From positions 1 to 34,174 of the forward strand of contig JANMLN010000157.1 of NCBI GenBank assembly GCA_031372565.1: a DNA stretch of 34,174 bases, given 5' to 3'. The first letter of the stretch is position 1; every line of letters begins with the position of its first letter. The notes beneath the pieces were generated by a model, which ran no database searches, was not told where the DNA came from, and saw only the letters and a program-made list of their open reading frames with translations. Of this stretch, positions 26,181-34,174 are shown piece after piece. This DNA is from Gemmatimonadota bacterium. Its GTDB lineage: Bacteria; Gemmatimonadota; Gemmatimonadetes; Gemmatimonadales; Gemmatimonadaceae. The position numbers were made by a program, and so were the translations under genes.

Positions 26181-26809
26181 CCGCGATCCGGATCCTCCTG
26201 GCTGATGATCATGCCCTCCTCCTCGAAGGGCTCCGGTCGATGCTCGATGCCGAACCCGATCTGAAGGTGGTGGCCACCGCAACGTCCGGTGAGCAGGCGC
26301 TCGAGCTCGTGCGGCGCGACAGGCCGGATGTGGTCGTGCTCGACATCGAACTCGACGGCATGAACGGCCTGACCGTGCTGCAGAAGATTCGCGCCGAGGC
26401 GCTGCCGGTGCGCGTGCTGGTGCTGACGGCGTACTCCGATGGCGCGTCTGTGCGCGGCGCGCTCGAAGGGGGCGCGGACGGCTTCGCGCTCAAGACCGAG
26501 CCGCCCCAGCAGACCATCGCCTCGATCCGGCAGGTCTTCCGTGGCCAACTCGTCTTTCCGAACGCCGCCAAACGGTGGCTGTTGGGGCGCAGCTCACCGG
26601 CAGATCCGGACAAGCTCACGGAGCGCGAAGTCGCGGTGCTGGCGCTCGTCGCGGAAGGGGTGACCAATGCCGAGATCGCACGCCAACTGCGCGTGTCCGA
26701 GAACACGGTCAAGTTTCACCTGCAGAACCTGTACACGAAGCTCGGCGTCTCGAACCGGACCGAAGCCGCAGCGCACTTTCTGCGCGACCGCGCGCATCGT
26801 CGCCCGTAG
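26177..26809 (+). CDS. NarL/LuxR family response regulator
   Basis: LADDH, VVLD, LT and FALK receiver motifs. LTERE..VL..VAEGVTNAEIA..L.VSENTVKFH HTH. GTGA overlap with the kinase. Confidence 0.95.
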   Translation: MTAIRILLADDHALLLEGLRSMLDAEPDLKVVATATSGEQALELVRRDRPDVVVLDIELDGMNGLTVLQKIRAEALPVRVLVLTAYSDGASVRGALEGGADGFALKTEPPQQTIASIRQVFRGQLVFPNAAKRWLLGRSSPADPDKLTEREVAVLALVAEGVTNAEIARQLRVSENTVKFHLQNLYTKLGVSNRTEAAAHFLRDRAHRRP

Positions 26810-26812
26810 ACT

Positions 26813-26842
26813 GTCATCCTGAGCGCAGCGAAGGATCTGCTT
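26813..26842 (+). repeat. REP-like repeat, solitary copy
   Basis: GTCATCCTGAGCGCAGCGAAGGATCTGCTT matches the copy at 31111-31140 at 28 of 30 positions; starts 3 nt after a stop codon. Confidence 0.8.
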
Positions 26843-26862
26843 TCCTCGCACCCCGAAAGCAC

Positions 26863-26893
26863 GGCGGGACGATGCCCAAGGCACCGTCCCGCC
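26863..26893 (-). terminator. Hairpin, probable terminator of the small minus-strand ORF
   Basis: Minus-strand RNA GGCGGGACGGUGCC-UUG-GGCAUCGUCCCGCC pairs fully with one G-U pair, followed by GUGCUUUC. Confidence 0.6.
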
Positions 26894-26920
26894 AACGCGC
26901 ATCCGCTCGCGGACCGGCGA

Positions 26921-27091
26921 CTACCGCGCCAACTTCTTGGCCTGCGCGGCGTCCTGCAGCCAGGTCATCGGAATGATGAAGAGCGGCGTCAGGAAGACGG
27001 CCAACAAGGAATTGATCCAGATGAGCGCGGTGTAGTACGCGCCCATACCCAGACCTGCCCACAGCGTGCCCAACGGACCGTGCGTCTCCAC
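26921..27091 (-). CDS. Small (56 aa) membrane protein
   Basis: GTG 27091 with AGGAG 6 nt upstream. TATCTT -10-like hexamer at 27131-27136. Hydrophobic core followed by a basic tail; terminator downstream. Confidence 0.65.
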   Translation of the reverse strand: METHGPLGTLWAGLGMGAYYTALIWINSLLAVFLTPLFIIPMTWLQDAAQAKKLAR

Positions 27092-27221
27092 GCGTTGCTC
27101 CTGAAAAGATGAGTCGCGGAACCGGACGAAAAGATAGACGGGCGATGCGCGCGCGCGCCACTGCCACCATGCACTCCAACGGTCGGCGCGGCTTTTGACG
27201 CGCCGACGTGCTGATCGCGCG

Positions 27222-28565
27222 GTGAAGTCCCGCACATCGCCGTCGGTTCCCGACGGGGTCGTGACGGCGCTCGTGCGGGAGCTCGACGGGCGCGGCGCAC
27301 TCGTGCTGGCTGTGTCCGGAGGCCGCGACTCCATGACGCTTCTGCAGGCCGCGGTCCACGCTGGACTCGGTGGGCGCGTCGCGGCAGTCGCCACCTTCGA
27401 TCACGGCACCGGCGCCGCCGCCACCCGCGCGGCGCGTCTGGTCGAGCGCACGGCCCGGCAGCTGGGCCTTCGCGTCGAAGTCGGCCGGCCGACCGCTCCG
27501 CTCGCGCCGACCGAGGCCGCGTGGCGCGGGGCGCGATTCGGCTTTCTTCGGGCCGTGGCCAAGGCGCACGGGGCCAGCGTGGTGACGGCGCACACCCGCG
27601 ACGACCAACGAGAGACGATCGCCTTTCGCATCCTGCGGCAGGCGGGGGCCAGGGGGCTGGCCGGGCTGGCGGCCGACGGAGCGATGCTCCGCCCCTGGCT
27701 CGGGGTCTCACGCGAAGCGGTGGCGGCGTGGGCGGCGGCCCACGGGGTGCGCTGGGTCGAGGATCCGGCCAACCGCGACCTTCGGTACGCACGGAACCGG
27801 CTCCGGTGGGAGCTTCTCCCGGCGCTGGAGGCCGCAGTGCCGGGTTTTGGCCGCTGGCTGGACAAGCTGGGCCAGCGTGCGGCGACCTGGCGCACATGCG
27901 TGGAGTCCCTCGCCGAACAGCTGGAGTCGCTTCCGGCGGATGGGGAGGGGGTGGCTACCGGGCCGGGCACGGCGCGCACCGCCATCCCCCGAACGGGCGT
28001 GATTGCCGCGCGCGCGGTCACGGGCTACACTCCAGCGGAGTTGGCGGTGCTCTGGCCGGCGCTCTTGGCACGACGCGGTGTCACGGTCGATCGGCGGGGA
28101 ACCGCGCGGTTGTCCGGGTTTAGTACTGAGGCGGCCGTCGGCGCACGCATTCCACTTTCGGGCAGTCTCGAGGTGGTTCGCGCGCGCGACGGTTTTGTTG
28201 TCCGGGACATCGGTTCGGTCGACGATGGTGGGGAACGAGCGCTTGTCCCGGGCGTTCAACTGGGTGCGTGGCACTTCTCACCCGATACCTCAAGTGCGGC
28301 ACCATGGCGGGCGCGGATGCCTGAGGGGGCGGTCCTCACGGTGCGGTCGTGGCGGGCGGGCGATCGTTTGCAGCAGCAGGGTGTTGGCTCTCGGCGGATT
28401 GCCCGAGTTCTCTCGGATGCCGGGGTGGCTGGTCCGGAACGTGCAGGATGGCCCGTCGTGCTGGCGGACGGCGTGATTGTGTGGATTCCTGGGGTGCGCT
28501 GCGGCGACGTGGCGGGGCCGGACGAACCGGCCGTGGAGTGGGGGAGTGAGCGTAGAGTCGGCTGA
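27222..28565 (+). CDS. tilS: tRNA(Ile)-lysidine synthetase
   Basis: AVSGGRDS PP-loop, DHG, TAHTRDDQRET, RPWL, EDPAN, RNRLR; upstream of hpt-ftsH. The start is approximate. Confidence 0.9.
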   Translation: MKSRTSPSVPDGVVTALVRELDGRGALVLAVSGGRDSMTLLQAAVHAGLGGRVAAVATFDHGTGAAATRAARLVERTARQLGLRVEVGRPTAPLAPTEAAWRGARFGFLRAVAKAHGASVVTAHTRDDQRETIAFRILRQAGARGLAGLAADGAMLRPWLGVSREAVAAWAAAHGVRWVEDPANRDLRYARNRLRWELLPALEAAVPGFGRWLDKLGQRAATWRTCVESLAEQLESLPADGEGVATGPGTARTAIPRTGVIAARAVTGYTPAELAVLWPALLARRGVTVDRRGTARLSGFSTEAAVGARIPLSGSLEVVRARDGFVVRDIGSVDDGGERALVPGVQLGAWHFSPDTSSAAPWRARMPEGAVLTVRSWRAGDRLQQQGVGSRRIARVLSDAGVAGPERAGWPVVLADGVIVWIPGVRCGDVAGPDEPAVEWGSERRVG

Positions 28566-29097
28566 TCCGCGCCTGCTGGGGCGCCAACTGAAGGGCGTGC
28601 CGTTCGATGCCGCGACGATCGCTGGTCGCGTCGCGGAACTGGGACGCGAGATCACGGCGGCCTACCCCGACGGCGATCTGCTCGTGCTCGGCCTGCTCAA
28701 GGGCTCGTTCATCTTCCTGAGTGATCTGGTCCGGCAGATCGAGCGTCCGATCCAGGTCGACTTTCTGGTCGCATCGAGCTACGGGGATGCGACCGTGTCG
28801 AGCGGGAACGTCCGCCTGTTGTATGACCCGAACACCAGCTTCGAAGGCAAGCACATTCTGCTCGTGGAGGACATCGTGGATTCGGGGCGCACCTTGTCCC
28901 ACTTGATGGATCTGGTGGGCGCGCGCAAGCCGCGCTCGCTCGAGATCTGCGCCCTGCTGCACAAGCACCTGGCCGAGCATCTCCGCTACGGCGTCAAGTT
29001 CATCGGTTTCGACGCACCCAACGAATTCCTCGTCGGCTACGGGCTGGACCACGCCGAAAATTTCCGGCACCTGCCGTACGTCGCCAGTCTGGAGTAA
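28546..29097 (+). CDS. hpt: Hypoxanthine phosphoribosyltransferase
   Basis: GLLKGSFIFLSDL, SSYG, LLVEDIVDSGRTL, FLVGYGLD. GTG start at 28546. Confidence 0.95.
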   Translation: MSVESADPRLLGRQLKGVPFDAATIAGRVAELGREITAAYPDGDLLVLGLLKGSFIFLSDLVRQIERPIQVDFLVASSYGDATVSSGNVRLLYDPNTSFEGKHILLVEDIVDSGRTLSHLMDLVGARKPRSLEICALLHKHLAEHLRYGVKFIGFDAPNEFLVGYGLDHAENFRHLPYVASLE

Positions 29098-29107
29098 CAT
29101 CTCGCTC

Positions 29108-31102
29108 ATGAGCGAATCCATGCCACCGAACAAGGGCAACAACAACAAGAAGACCAACTGGGGGCGCCTCTCGAAGACGCTCGCCTTCTGGGTCCTCTTG
29201 ATCGTGATCCCCGTTGCGTTCATCCAATTCTCGAGCGCACGCGGCGACCAAGCCCCCACCATTTCCTACTCGCAGTACGACCGCGAGCTGCAGAAGGGGA
29301 ACGTGTCGAGGGTGACGATCGTCGCCGGCACGGAACTCACGGGCGAGTTTGCCAACAAGGTCTCGATCAATGGCCGCGAGGCCAAGCGCTTCGGCGTGCA
29401 ACTCCCCGTCTCCAACTCGGACGAGGAGCTCAAGCGGTTGCGCGAGAAGGGGGTCGAGATCGACGCCAAGCGCGCGAGCACGGGCCTCTCGACGATCCTG
29501 ATCAACGTGCTGCCGTGGATCGTGATCATCGGCGCCTGGCTCTTCCTGCTGCGCAACATGCAGGCGAGCGGCAACAAGGCGTTCTCCTTCGGCAAGTCGA
29601 AGGCCAAGCTGGTCGCAGGCGACACGCCCAAGGTCACCTTCGCCGACGTGGCGGGTGCCGATGAAGCCAAGGTCGAGCTGCAGGAAATCATCGAGTTCCT
29701 GAAGGATCCGGCCAAATTCACGCGACTCGGTGGCCGCCTCCCCAAGGGCGCCCTGCTCGTCGGCCCGCCGGGCACCGGCAAGACGCTGCTCGCGCGCGCC
29801 GTCGCCGGCGAAGCGGCTCGTCCGTTCTTCTCGATGTCGGGCTCCGATTTCGTCGAGATGTTCGTGGGTGTGGGCGCGAGCCGCGTGCGCGATCTGTTCG
29901 AACAGGGCAAGGCGCATGCGCCGTGCATCATCTTCATCGACGAAATCGACGCGGTCGGCCGCCATCGCGGCGCCGGCCTGGGCGGCGGGCACGACGAGCG
30001 CGAACAGACGCTCAACCAGCTGCTGGTCGAGATGGACGGCTTCGAGTCGAACGACGGCGTGATCCTCATCGCGGCCACCAACCGGCCCGATGTGCTCGAC
30101 CCGGCGCTGCTGCGCCCGGGCCGCTTTGATCGCCAGATCGTGGTCGATGCGCCAGACCTCCGCGGTCGCGAGGGGATCCTCAAGGTGCACATGCGCAACA
30201 AGCCGATCGCCGACGACGTGGAGATCACGTCGCTGGCGCGCGGAACGCCGGGCATGGCGGGCGCAGACCTGGCCAACATGGTCAACGAAGGCGCGCTGCT
30301 CGCAGCCCGCCGTGGTCATGACAAGATCTTCATGGCCGACCTCGAGGAAGCCAAGGACAAGGTCATGCTGGGCGCCGAGCGCAAGTCGCTCGTCATGCGG
30401 GACGAGGAGCGCCGCCTCACCGCCTATCACGAGGCGGGGCACGCCGTGTGCGCGACGATCGTGAAGGGAAATGACCCGCTGCACAAGGTGACGATCGTGC
30501 CGCGCGGCCGCGCCTTGGGCATTGCCTTTACCCTGCCCGAAGACGACCGCGTCAGTGTGACACGCGAGCAGATCGAGGCGCGCCTCGTGATGGCGTACGG
30601 TGGTCGTGTCGCTGAGGAACTGATCTTCGGGCACGAGCACGTGACCACGGGCGCCTCGAGCGACATTCAGCAGGCGACCGGCATCGCGCGCCGTTACGTG
30701 ACGCAGTGGGGCCTCTCCGACTCGATCGGCCCGATCCTCGTGGGCGACAACGAGCAGGAGCTGTTCCTCGGCCGCGAGATCCAGAGCCGGCGGGAAGTGT
30801 CCGAGCAGACGGCGCAGCTGGTCGACGCCGAGGTCAAGCGCGTGATCAACCACGCCTACACGCGGGCGCAGCAGGTGCTGAAGGAGAACATCACGCTGCT
30901 GCACGCCGTCGCGGCTGGGCTGCTCGAGCGCGAGACGCTCACGCGTGATGACGTTGCGATCCTGCGCCGTGGCGAAACCCTGCCGCCGCGTCCGCCGCTC
31001 AATCCGCCGTCGGCGGTCTCGGCGCCGGTGCTGCCGCCGATCGTCGAGCCCAAGCGGAGCAGCCCGCCGCTGCTCGGCGGGCCGGAAGTCGCGCCGGCGT
31101 AA
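29108..31102 (+). CDS. ftsH: ATP-dependent zinc metalloprotease FtsH
   Basis: Two transmembrane helices, [36 protein letters not shown]. Confidence 0.99.
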   Translation: MSESMPPNKGNNNKKTNWGRLSKTLAFWVLLIVIPVAFIQFSSARGDQAPTISYSQYDRELQKGNVSRVTIVAGTELTGEFANKVSINGREAKRFGVQLPVSNSDEELKRLREKGVEIDAKRASTGLSTILINVLPWIVIIGAWLFLLRNMQASGNKAFSFGKSKAKLVAGDTPKVTFADVAGADEAKVELQEIIEFLKDPAKFTRLGGRLPKGALLVGPPGTGKTLLARAVAGEAARPFFSMSGSDFVEMFVGVGASRVRDLFEQGKAHAPCIIFIDEIDAVGRHRGAGLGGGHDEREQTLNQLLVEMDGFESNDGVILIAATNRPDVLDPALLRPGRFDRQIVVDAPDLRGREGILKVHMRNKPIADDVEITSLARGTPGMAGADLANMVNEGALLAARRGHDKIFMADLEEAKDKVMLGAERKSLVMRDEERRLTAYHEAGHAVCATIVKGNDPLHKVTIVPRGRALGIAFTLPEDDRVSVTREQIEARLVMAYGGRVAEELIFGHEHVTTGASSDIQQATGIARRYVTQWGLSDSIGPILVGDNEQELFLGREIQSRREVSEQTAQLVDAEVKRVINHAYTRAQQVLKENITLLHAVAAGLLERETLTRDDVAILRRGETLPPRPPLNPPSAVSAPVLPPIVEPKRSSPPLLGGPEVAPA

Positions 31103-31108
31103 AGCCGC

Positions 31109-31221
31109 CCGTCGTCCTGAGCGCAGCGAAGGACCTGCTTGCGCTCTTGGAAAGGAAAAGGACCTGCGTGTCACCCGTCGCCGGATGACAAGCAGGTCCT
31201 TCGCTGCGCTTAGGACGACGG
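31109..31221. repeat. Inverted pair of REP-like repeats (REPIN-like) between convergent genes
   Basis: 33-nt arms at 31109-31141 and 31189-31221 are reverse complements with one mismatch. Confidence 0.88.
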
Positions 31222-31243
31222 TCGCGTCGCCCCGCTCGACTGG

Positions 31244-32596
31244 CTAGAACGCCACGACTGCTTCGAGCATCAACCCCTTGAACGAGCCGCCCGTGCGGAT
31301 GTTCGTGCCCGGGTAGTTGTCGTAGTTCGACACCACGTATTCGAGCTTGACCAGCAGGCTCGGGGTGAGGAACATCCCGCCGCCGATCTGGCGACGCAAC
31401 GCCGTCACTGACGCGTTGCCGGCGAGCGTGCCATCCACCTTGTTCCACCGGCCGCCGACGAACGCGCGCTCGTTGGGCAGGAAGCGGTACACCGCGTCCA
31501 CGGCAAACTGCTCCGATGTGCGGTCGATCGTTTCTGCGGCGCCGCGACCGCGCGCAATCTCGTACACGCCGAACAGTTCGAAGCCCTGGAACTTCAGGAA
31601 CTGGCTGATCTCGGTGGCGTCGATGCGGTCCTTGAGTCCCGGATCAAAGTTCCCGGAGAACGCGTTGGCCGTCAGTGTCGCGGTGTACGGCTCCAGCACG
31701 TAGCCGTAGCGCGAACCGGCGCGATCGCCACCGTAGAGCGTATTGTTCGCGGCCGAGGCCTGCGTGTACTTGGACGCCGACAGCCGCGCGCGCAGGTCCT
31801 TGGTGAACTGCTTGTCGAAGCCCGCCTTGTAGAAGAACGCGTAGTCGCGGGCATTCGGGTTGGTCACCGTCGAGTTCAGTTCGCCCGAGCTGATGCCGAA
31901 CATCCCGAACATGCCGGTCGGATCGCGGTAGTAGAACTCCATGCCGACCTGCGTGGAGAAGGCGTCCATGAGGAGGTTGCCCACGAACGGGTTGAACTGT
32001 GCGGCCGCGTTGTCACTCCGGCGGAAGTGCATGTCGCCGTAGTTGATTTCCATGTGCCCGACCTTGAGCGTCACGCGCTCGAAGATCTTGTCCAGCAGCT
32101 CGCTCTTGATCGGCGATCCGTCGATCTGGATGTAGCCGTCCTTGACCCACGTTTCGTTGTGGTGCTTGGACGCCAGGTAGAGGGTCGTCTGCATGCGGAT
32201 GCCGCGCGCCAACTGGAAGTCGAAGTACAGGTTGGCACTGGCGATGTTGAACCCGGGGCCGATCTGGATCAGCTCACACGGCGACCTGGGGCCAACCCTG
32301 GCACACCCGCCGGTTGCGGGGAAGGCACCCGTCTCCGAGTAGGCGTTGTAGTGCGACAACGACTGGAACTGCTGCGCGAAGGCGACGCCGATCTGCCAGT
32401 CGAAGCCCTTGTAGCTCACCCCCGAGTCCTTGGGCGATTCGAACACGTTCAGGCCGCGCTGATCGCGCTGGCGGAAGAACTGCACCTTCTGCTGCGGCTG
32501 GGTGGAATTCCAGTCGTCGGACGGCTGCTGGGCGCCAGCCAGACCACTTGAGGCGGCCAGGAGGACGAGGGCGGCCAGATGACGAGCGGTAGTCAT
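31244..32596 (-). CDS. Putative outer-membrane beta-barrel protein
   Basis: GGAGA RBS and signal peptide. Amphipathic aromatic beta-strands; C-terminus LMLEAVVAF ends in Phe. Confidence 0.75.
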   Translation of the reverse strand: MTTARHLAALVLLAASSGLAGAQQPSDDWNSTQPQQKVQFFRQRDQRGLNVFESPKDSGVSYKGFDWQIGVAFAQQFQSLSHYNAYSETGAFPATGGCARVGPRSPCELIQIGPGFNIASANLYFDFQLARGIRMQTTLYLASKHHNETWVKDGYIQIDGSPIKSELLDKIFERVTLKVGHMEINYGDMHFRRSDNAAAQFNPFVGNLLMDAFSTQVGMEFYYRDPTGMFGMFGISSGELNSTVTNPNARDYAFFYKAGFDKQFTKDLRARLSASKYTQASAANNTLYGGDRAGSRYGYVLEPYTATLTANAFSGNFDPGLKDRIDATEISQFLKFQGFELFGVYEIARGRGAAETIDRTSEQFAVDAVYRFLPNERAFVGGRWNKVDGTLAGNASVTALRRQIGGGMFLTPSLLVKLEYVVSNYDNYPGTNIRTGGSFKGLMLEAVVAF

Positions 32597-32670
32597 ACGA
32601 TGGTTCTCCGGTGAAAGCGCGATGAAGCGGGGGAAGTCGTGCGAGAAAGTGCGAAAGACTGCGTGAGCGC

Positions 32671-33264
32671 CTACGGGTTCAGGTACAGGTCGAACTTCAC
32701 GGTCACGTCCTTGCCGACGCGCATCGTGCCGAGCATCAACGTGGGAGGCTTGAGGTCGTAGCTCTTCATGTCCACCACCACGCTGCCGACGACGTGCGCC
32801 TTGCCCGCGCCGCCGTCAGTGACGTCCACGGGGAGCGAGAGCGGGTGCTCCACGCCGCCCATGCGCAGCGTGCCCGTGAGCGTGCCCTGAACTGCGGCCT
32901 GTCCCTTCGTGAGCTCGTAGCTGAGCATCGTGAAGGTGATGGTCGGGAACTCGGTCGCCTTCAGTGCCTTGCGCATGTGTTCGTTCATCGTGTTGTTGTC
33001 ATTGCAGTTCATCTTCGGAACCGGAACGACCAGACTGACGGCGCGGATGCCCTTCTCGCCTTCGAGCACCTCGTGCAGGGCCCGCTCGTTGCCCGCAATC
33101 GTGGCCTCGAAGACGGGAGCCTGACACTTCCAATCGCGAACAGTCGACGTGCCCTCGACCCACAGCTTGCTCTCGGGGGTCACCGTGATTGGGGCACCAA
33201 CGGGCGTGGCGGCAACAGAAAGGCTCGCCAGCAGCGCCAGCGATCGCATTGTGGAGCGGGTCAT
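32671..33264 (-). CDS. YceI family (polyisoprenoid-binding) periplasmic protein
   Basis: Signal peptide. SKLWVEGTSTVRDW, ALKATEFPTITF, GTLRMGGV, MKSYDLKPP, VTVKFDL. Confidence 0.88.
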   Translation of the reverse strand: MTRSTMRSLALLASLSVAATPVGAPITVTPESKLWVEGTSTVRDWKCQAPVFEATIAGNERALHEVLEGEKGIRAVSLVVPVPKMNCNDNNTMNEHMRKALKATEFPTITFTMLSYELTKGQAAVQGTLTGTLRMGGVEHPLSLPVDVTDGGAGKAHVVGSVVVDMKSYDLKPPTLMLGTMRVGKDVTVKFDLYLNP

Positions 33265-33334
33265 GGAGCACCTCGGTGAGCAGTTGCTCGCGCGATGTGC
33301 GCGGCAGGTGACCGAATAGTGCTGCGCCCCCGCG

Positions 33335-34174
33335 TCAGGGGGCGTCGGGCGTGGTGCGGAACGTTTGTGCGGTCGGATGCCCGTTCGTGTCGGGATTTCC
33401 CTCACGCGTCACGCATGCAGCCGGAGCGCCGACGTGCCGCGTCAGCTCAAGCAGCGTCGATCCGGCCTCGCGCATATCCGATTCGATGCGAACGGGAACC
33501 CGCGCAGCGTCAGTGGAGATGTGCAGGGTCATGCGACCAAGGCCGCGAAAGTGCGCGGGGTCGCGCACCTGCATTTCGACTTTCCAGGTGTCGAAGGTGC
33601 CGGCATCTGTCTTCACGCGCTCGCGCCCGAGCACGCGCACCGTCGTGGGGCTCCGGGCAGGATCGTAGTGACGCGAGAAGGACCACGAGGAGTCCGCGCC
33701 AAAGGGAAGCGTCCGCAAGAAGTAGAGGAAGCTCAGTTCGTCGAGGGGCGCGTCCGTGGGGGTGTAGCCGATGGCGCCCCGCGCCGCCGCCCACCGCTTC
33801 TCGTCGGGAAAGACCTCGACCGAGTCATCCTGGTTCGAGAGCGGTGAGCGCTCGTGCTTCACGAAGCGAAGCGTGGACAATCGGCGAGGGTCGATCCAAC
33901 TCGCGGTGCGCTGTCGCGCACGAATCGGACCGGCGCCCGCGTCGACCGAAAAGCGGAGCAGCATCGCGGAGGCGCCACGGACACTGTCGCCCGACGTCAC
34001 CGCCATCTCCCCGCGTCCAACGCGAATACCGAACCCGATCTTGACCACGTAGCCGAGCACCTCGCCCTCCGCGAAGGGGAGACACGACTGCGCAGGAAGT
34101 GGGGGCGCGGCCAGCACGATCAGGCTCGCAACGGCCCAGCGGCGCCCGCGCGGGGCCCACGTGGAGGTGCGCAC
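33335..34174 (-). CDS. DUF3108-like secreted protein (start at or beyond the window edge)
   Basis: Signal-like N-terminus. PFAEGEVLGY, LDELSFLYFLR, ERVKTDAGTFDTWKV, ISTDAARVPVRI. Confidence 0.75.
   Translation of the reverse strand: MRTSTWAPRGRRWAVASLIVLAAPPLPAQSCLPFAEGEVLGYVVKIGFGIRVGRGEMAVTSGDSVRGASAMLLRFSVDAGAGPIRARQRTASWIDPRRLSTLRFVKHERSPLSNQDDSVEVFPDEKRWAAARGAIGYTPTDAPLDELSFLYFLRTLPFGADSSWSFSRHYDPARSPTTVRVLGRERVKTDAGTFDTWKVEMQVRDPAHFRGLGRMTLHISTDAARVPVRIESDMREAGSTLLELTRHVGAPAACVTREGNPDTNGHPTAQTFRTTPDAP

Noticed and set aside
29000..31174. 724-aa minus-strand ORF
   Set aside because: Antisense shadow of ftsH.
26813..31221. Possible CRISPR array or composite transposon bounded by the ~30-nt repeats
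   Set aside because: Only three copies, not regularly spaced; no cas or transposase gene; the enclosed genes are housekeeping.
33367..33381. Sigma-54-like motif upstream of the YceI gene
   Set aside because: The GGCA box is one base out of register with the GC and the -12 box is weak; likely chance in GC-rich DNA.

Overview
A high-GC bacterial chromosomal segment with about 32 densely packed genes. Gene content and style suggest Gemmatimonadota (inference). No rRNA, tRNA, CRISPR array, transposase or prophage is visible. In order: a secreted gluzincin/beta-propeller protein, divergent from a serine-hydrolase + D-Ala-D-Ala dipeptidase fusion whose SxxK motif is lost; a hypothetical gene coupled to fahA; a CruG-like carotenoid glycosyltransferase; a minus-strand TIGR00266 / penicillin acylase / membrane protein / hotdog / nitronate-monooxygenase-family run; a three-lipoprotein operon (LpoB-like, TPR, COG3014-like); a cytoplasmic Asp-box beta-propeller coupled to a MoaD/ThiS ubiquitin-like protein, then an ornithine cyclodeaminase family gene; a PEP-CTERM phytase-like esterase; a PfpI gene divergent from a sensor-less histidine kinase and a NarL-type regulator; a 56-aa small membrane ORF; tilS-hpt-ftsH; REP-like repeats; and a DUF3108 / YceI / outer-membrane beta-barrel cluster. 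The best candidates for an uncharacterised system are the propeller + ubiquitin-like pair, the YceI/beta-barrel cluster and the three-lipoprotein operon. All family assignments come from motif recognition by eye, not from database searches.
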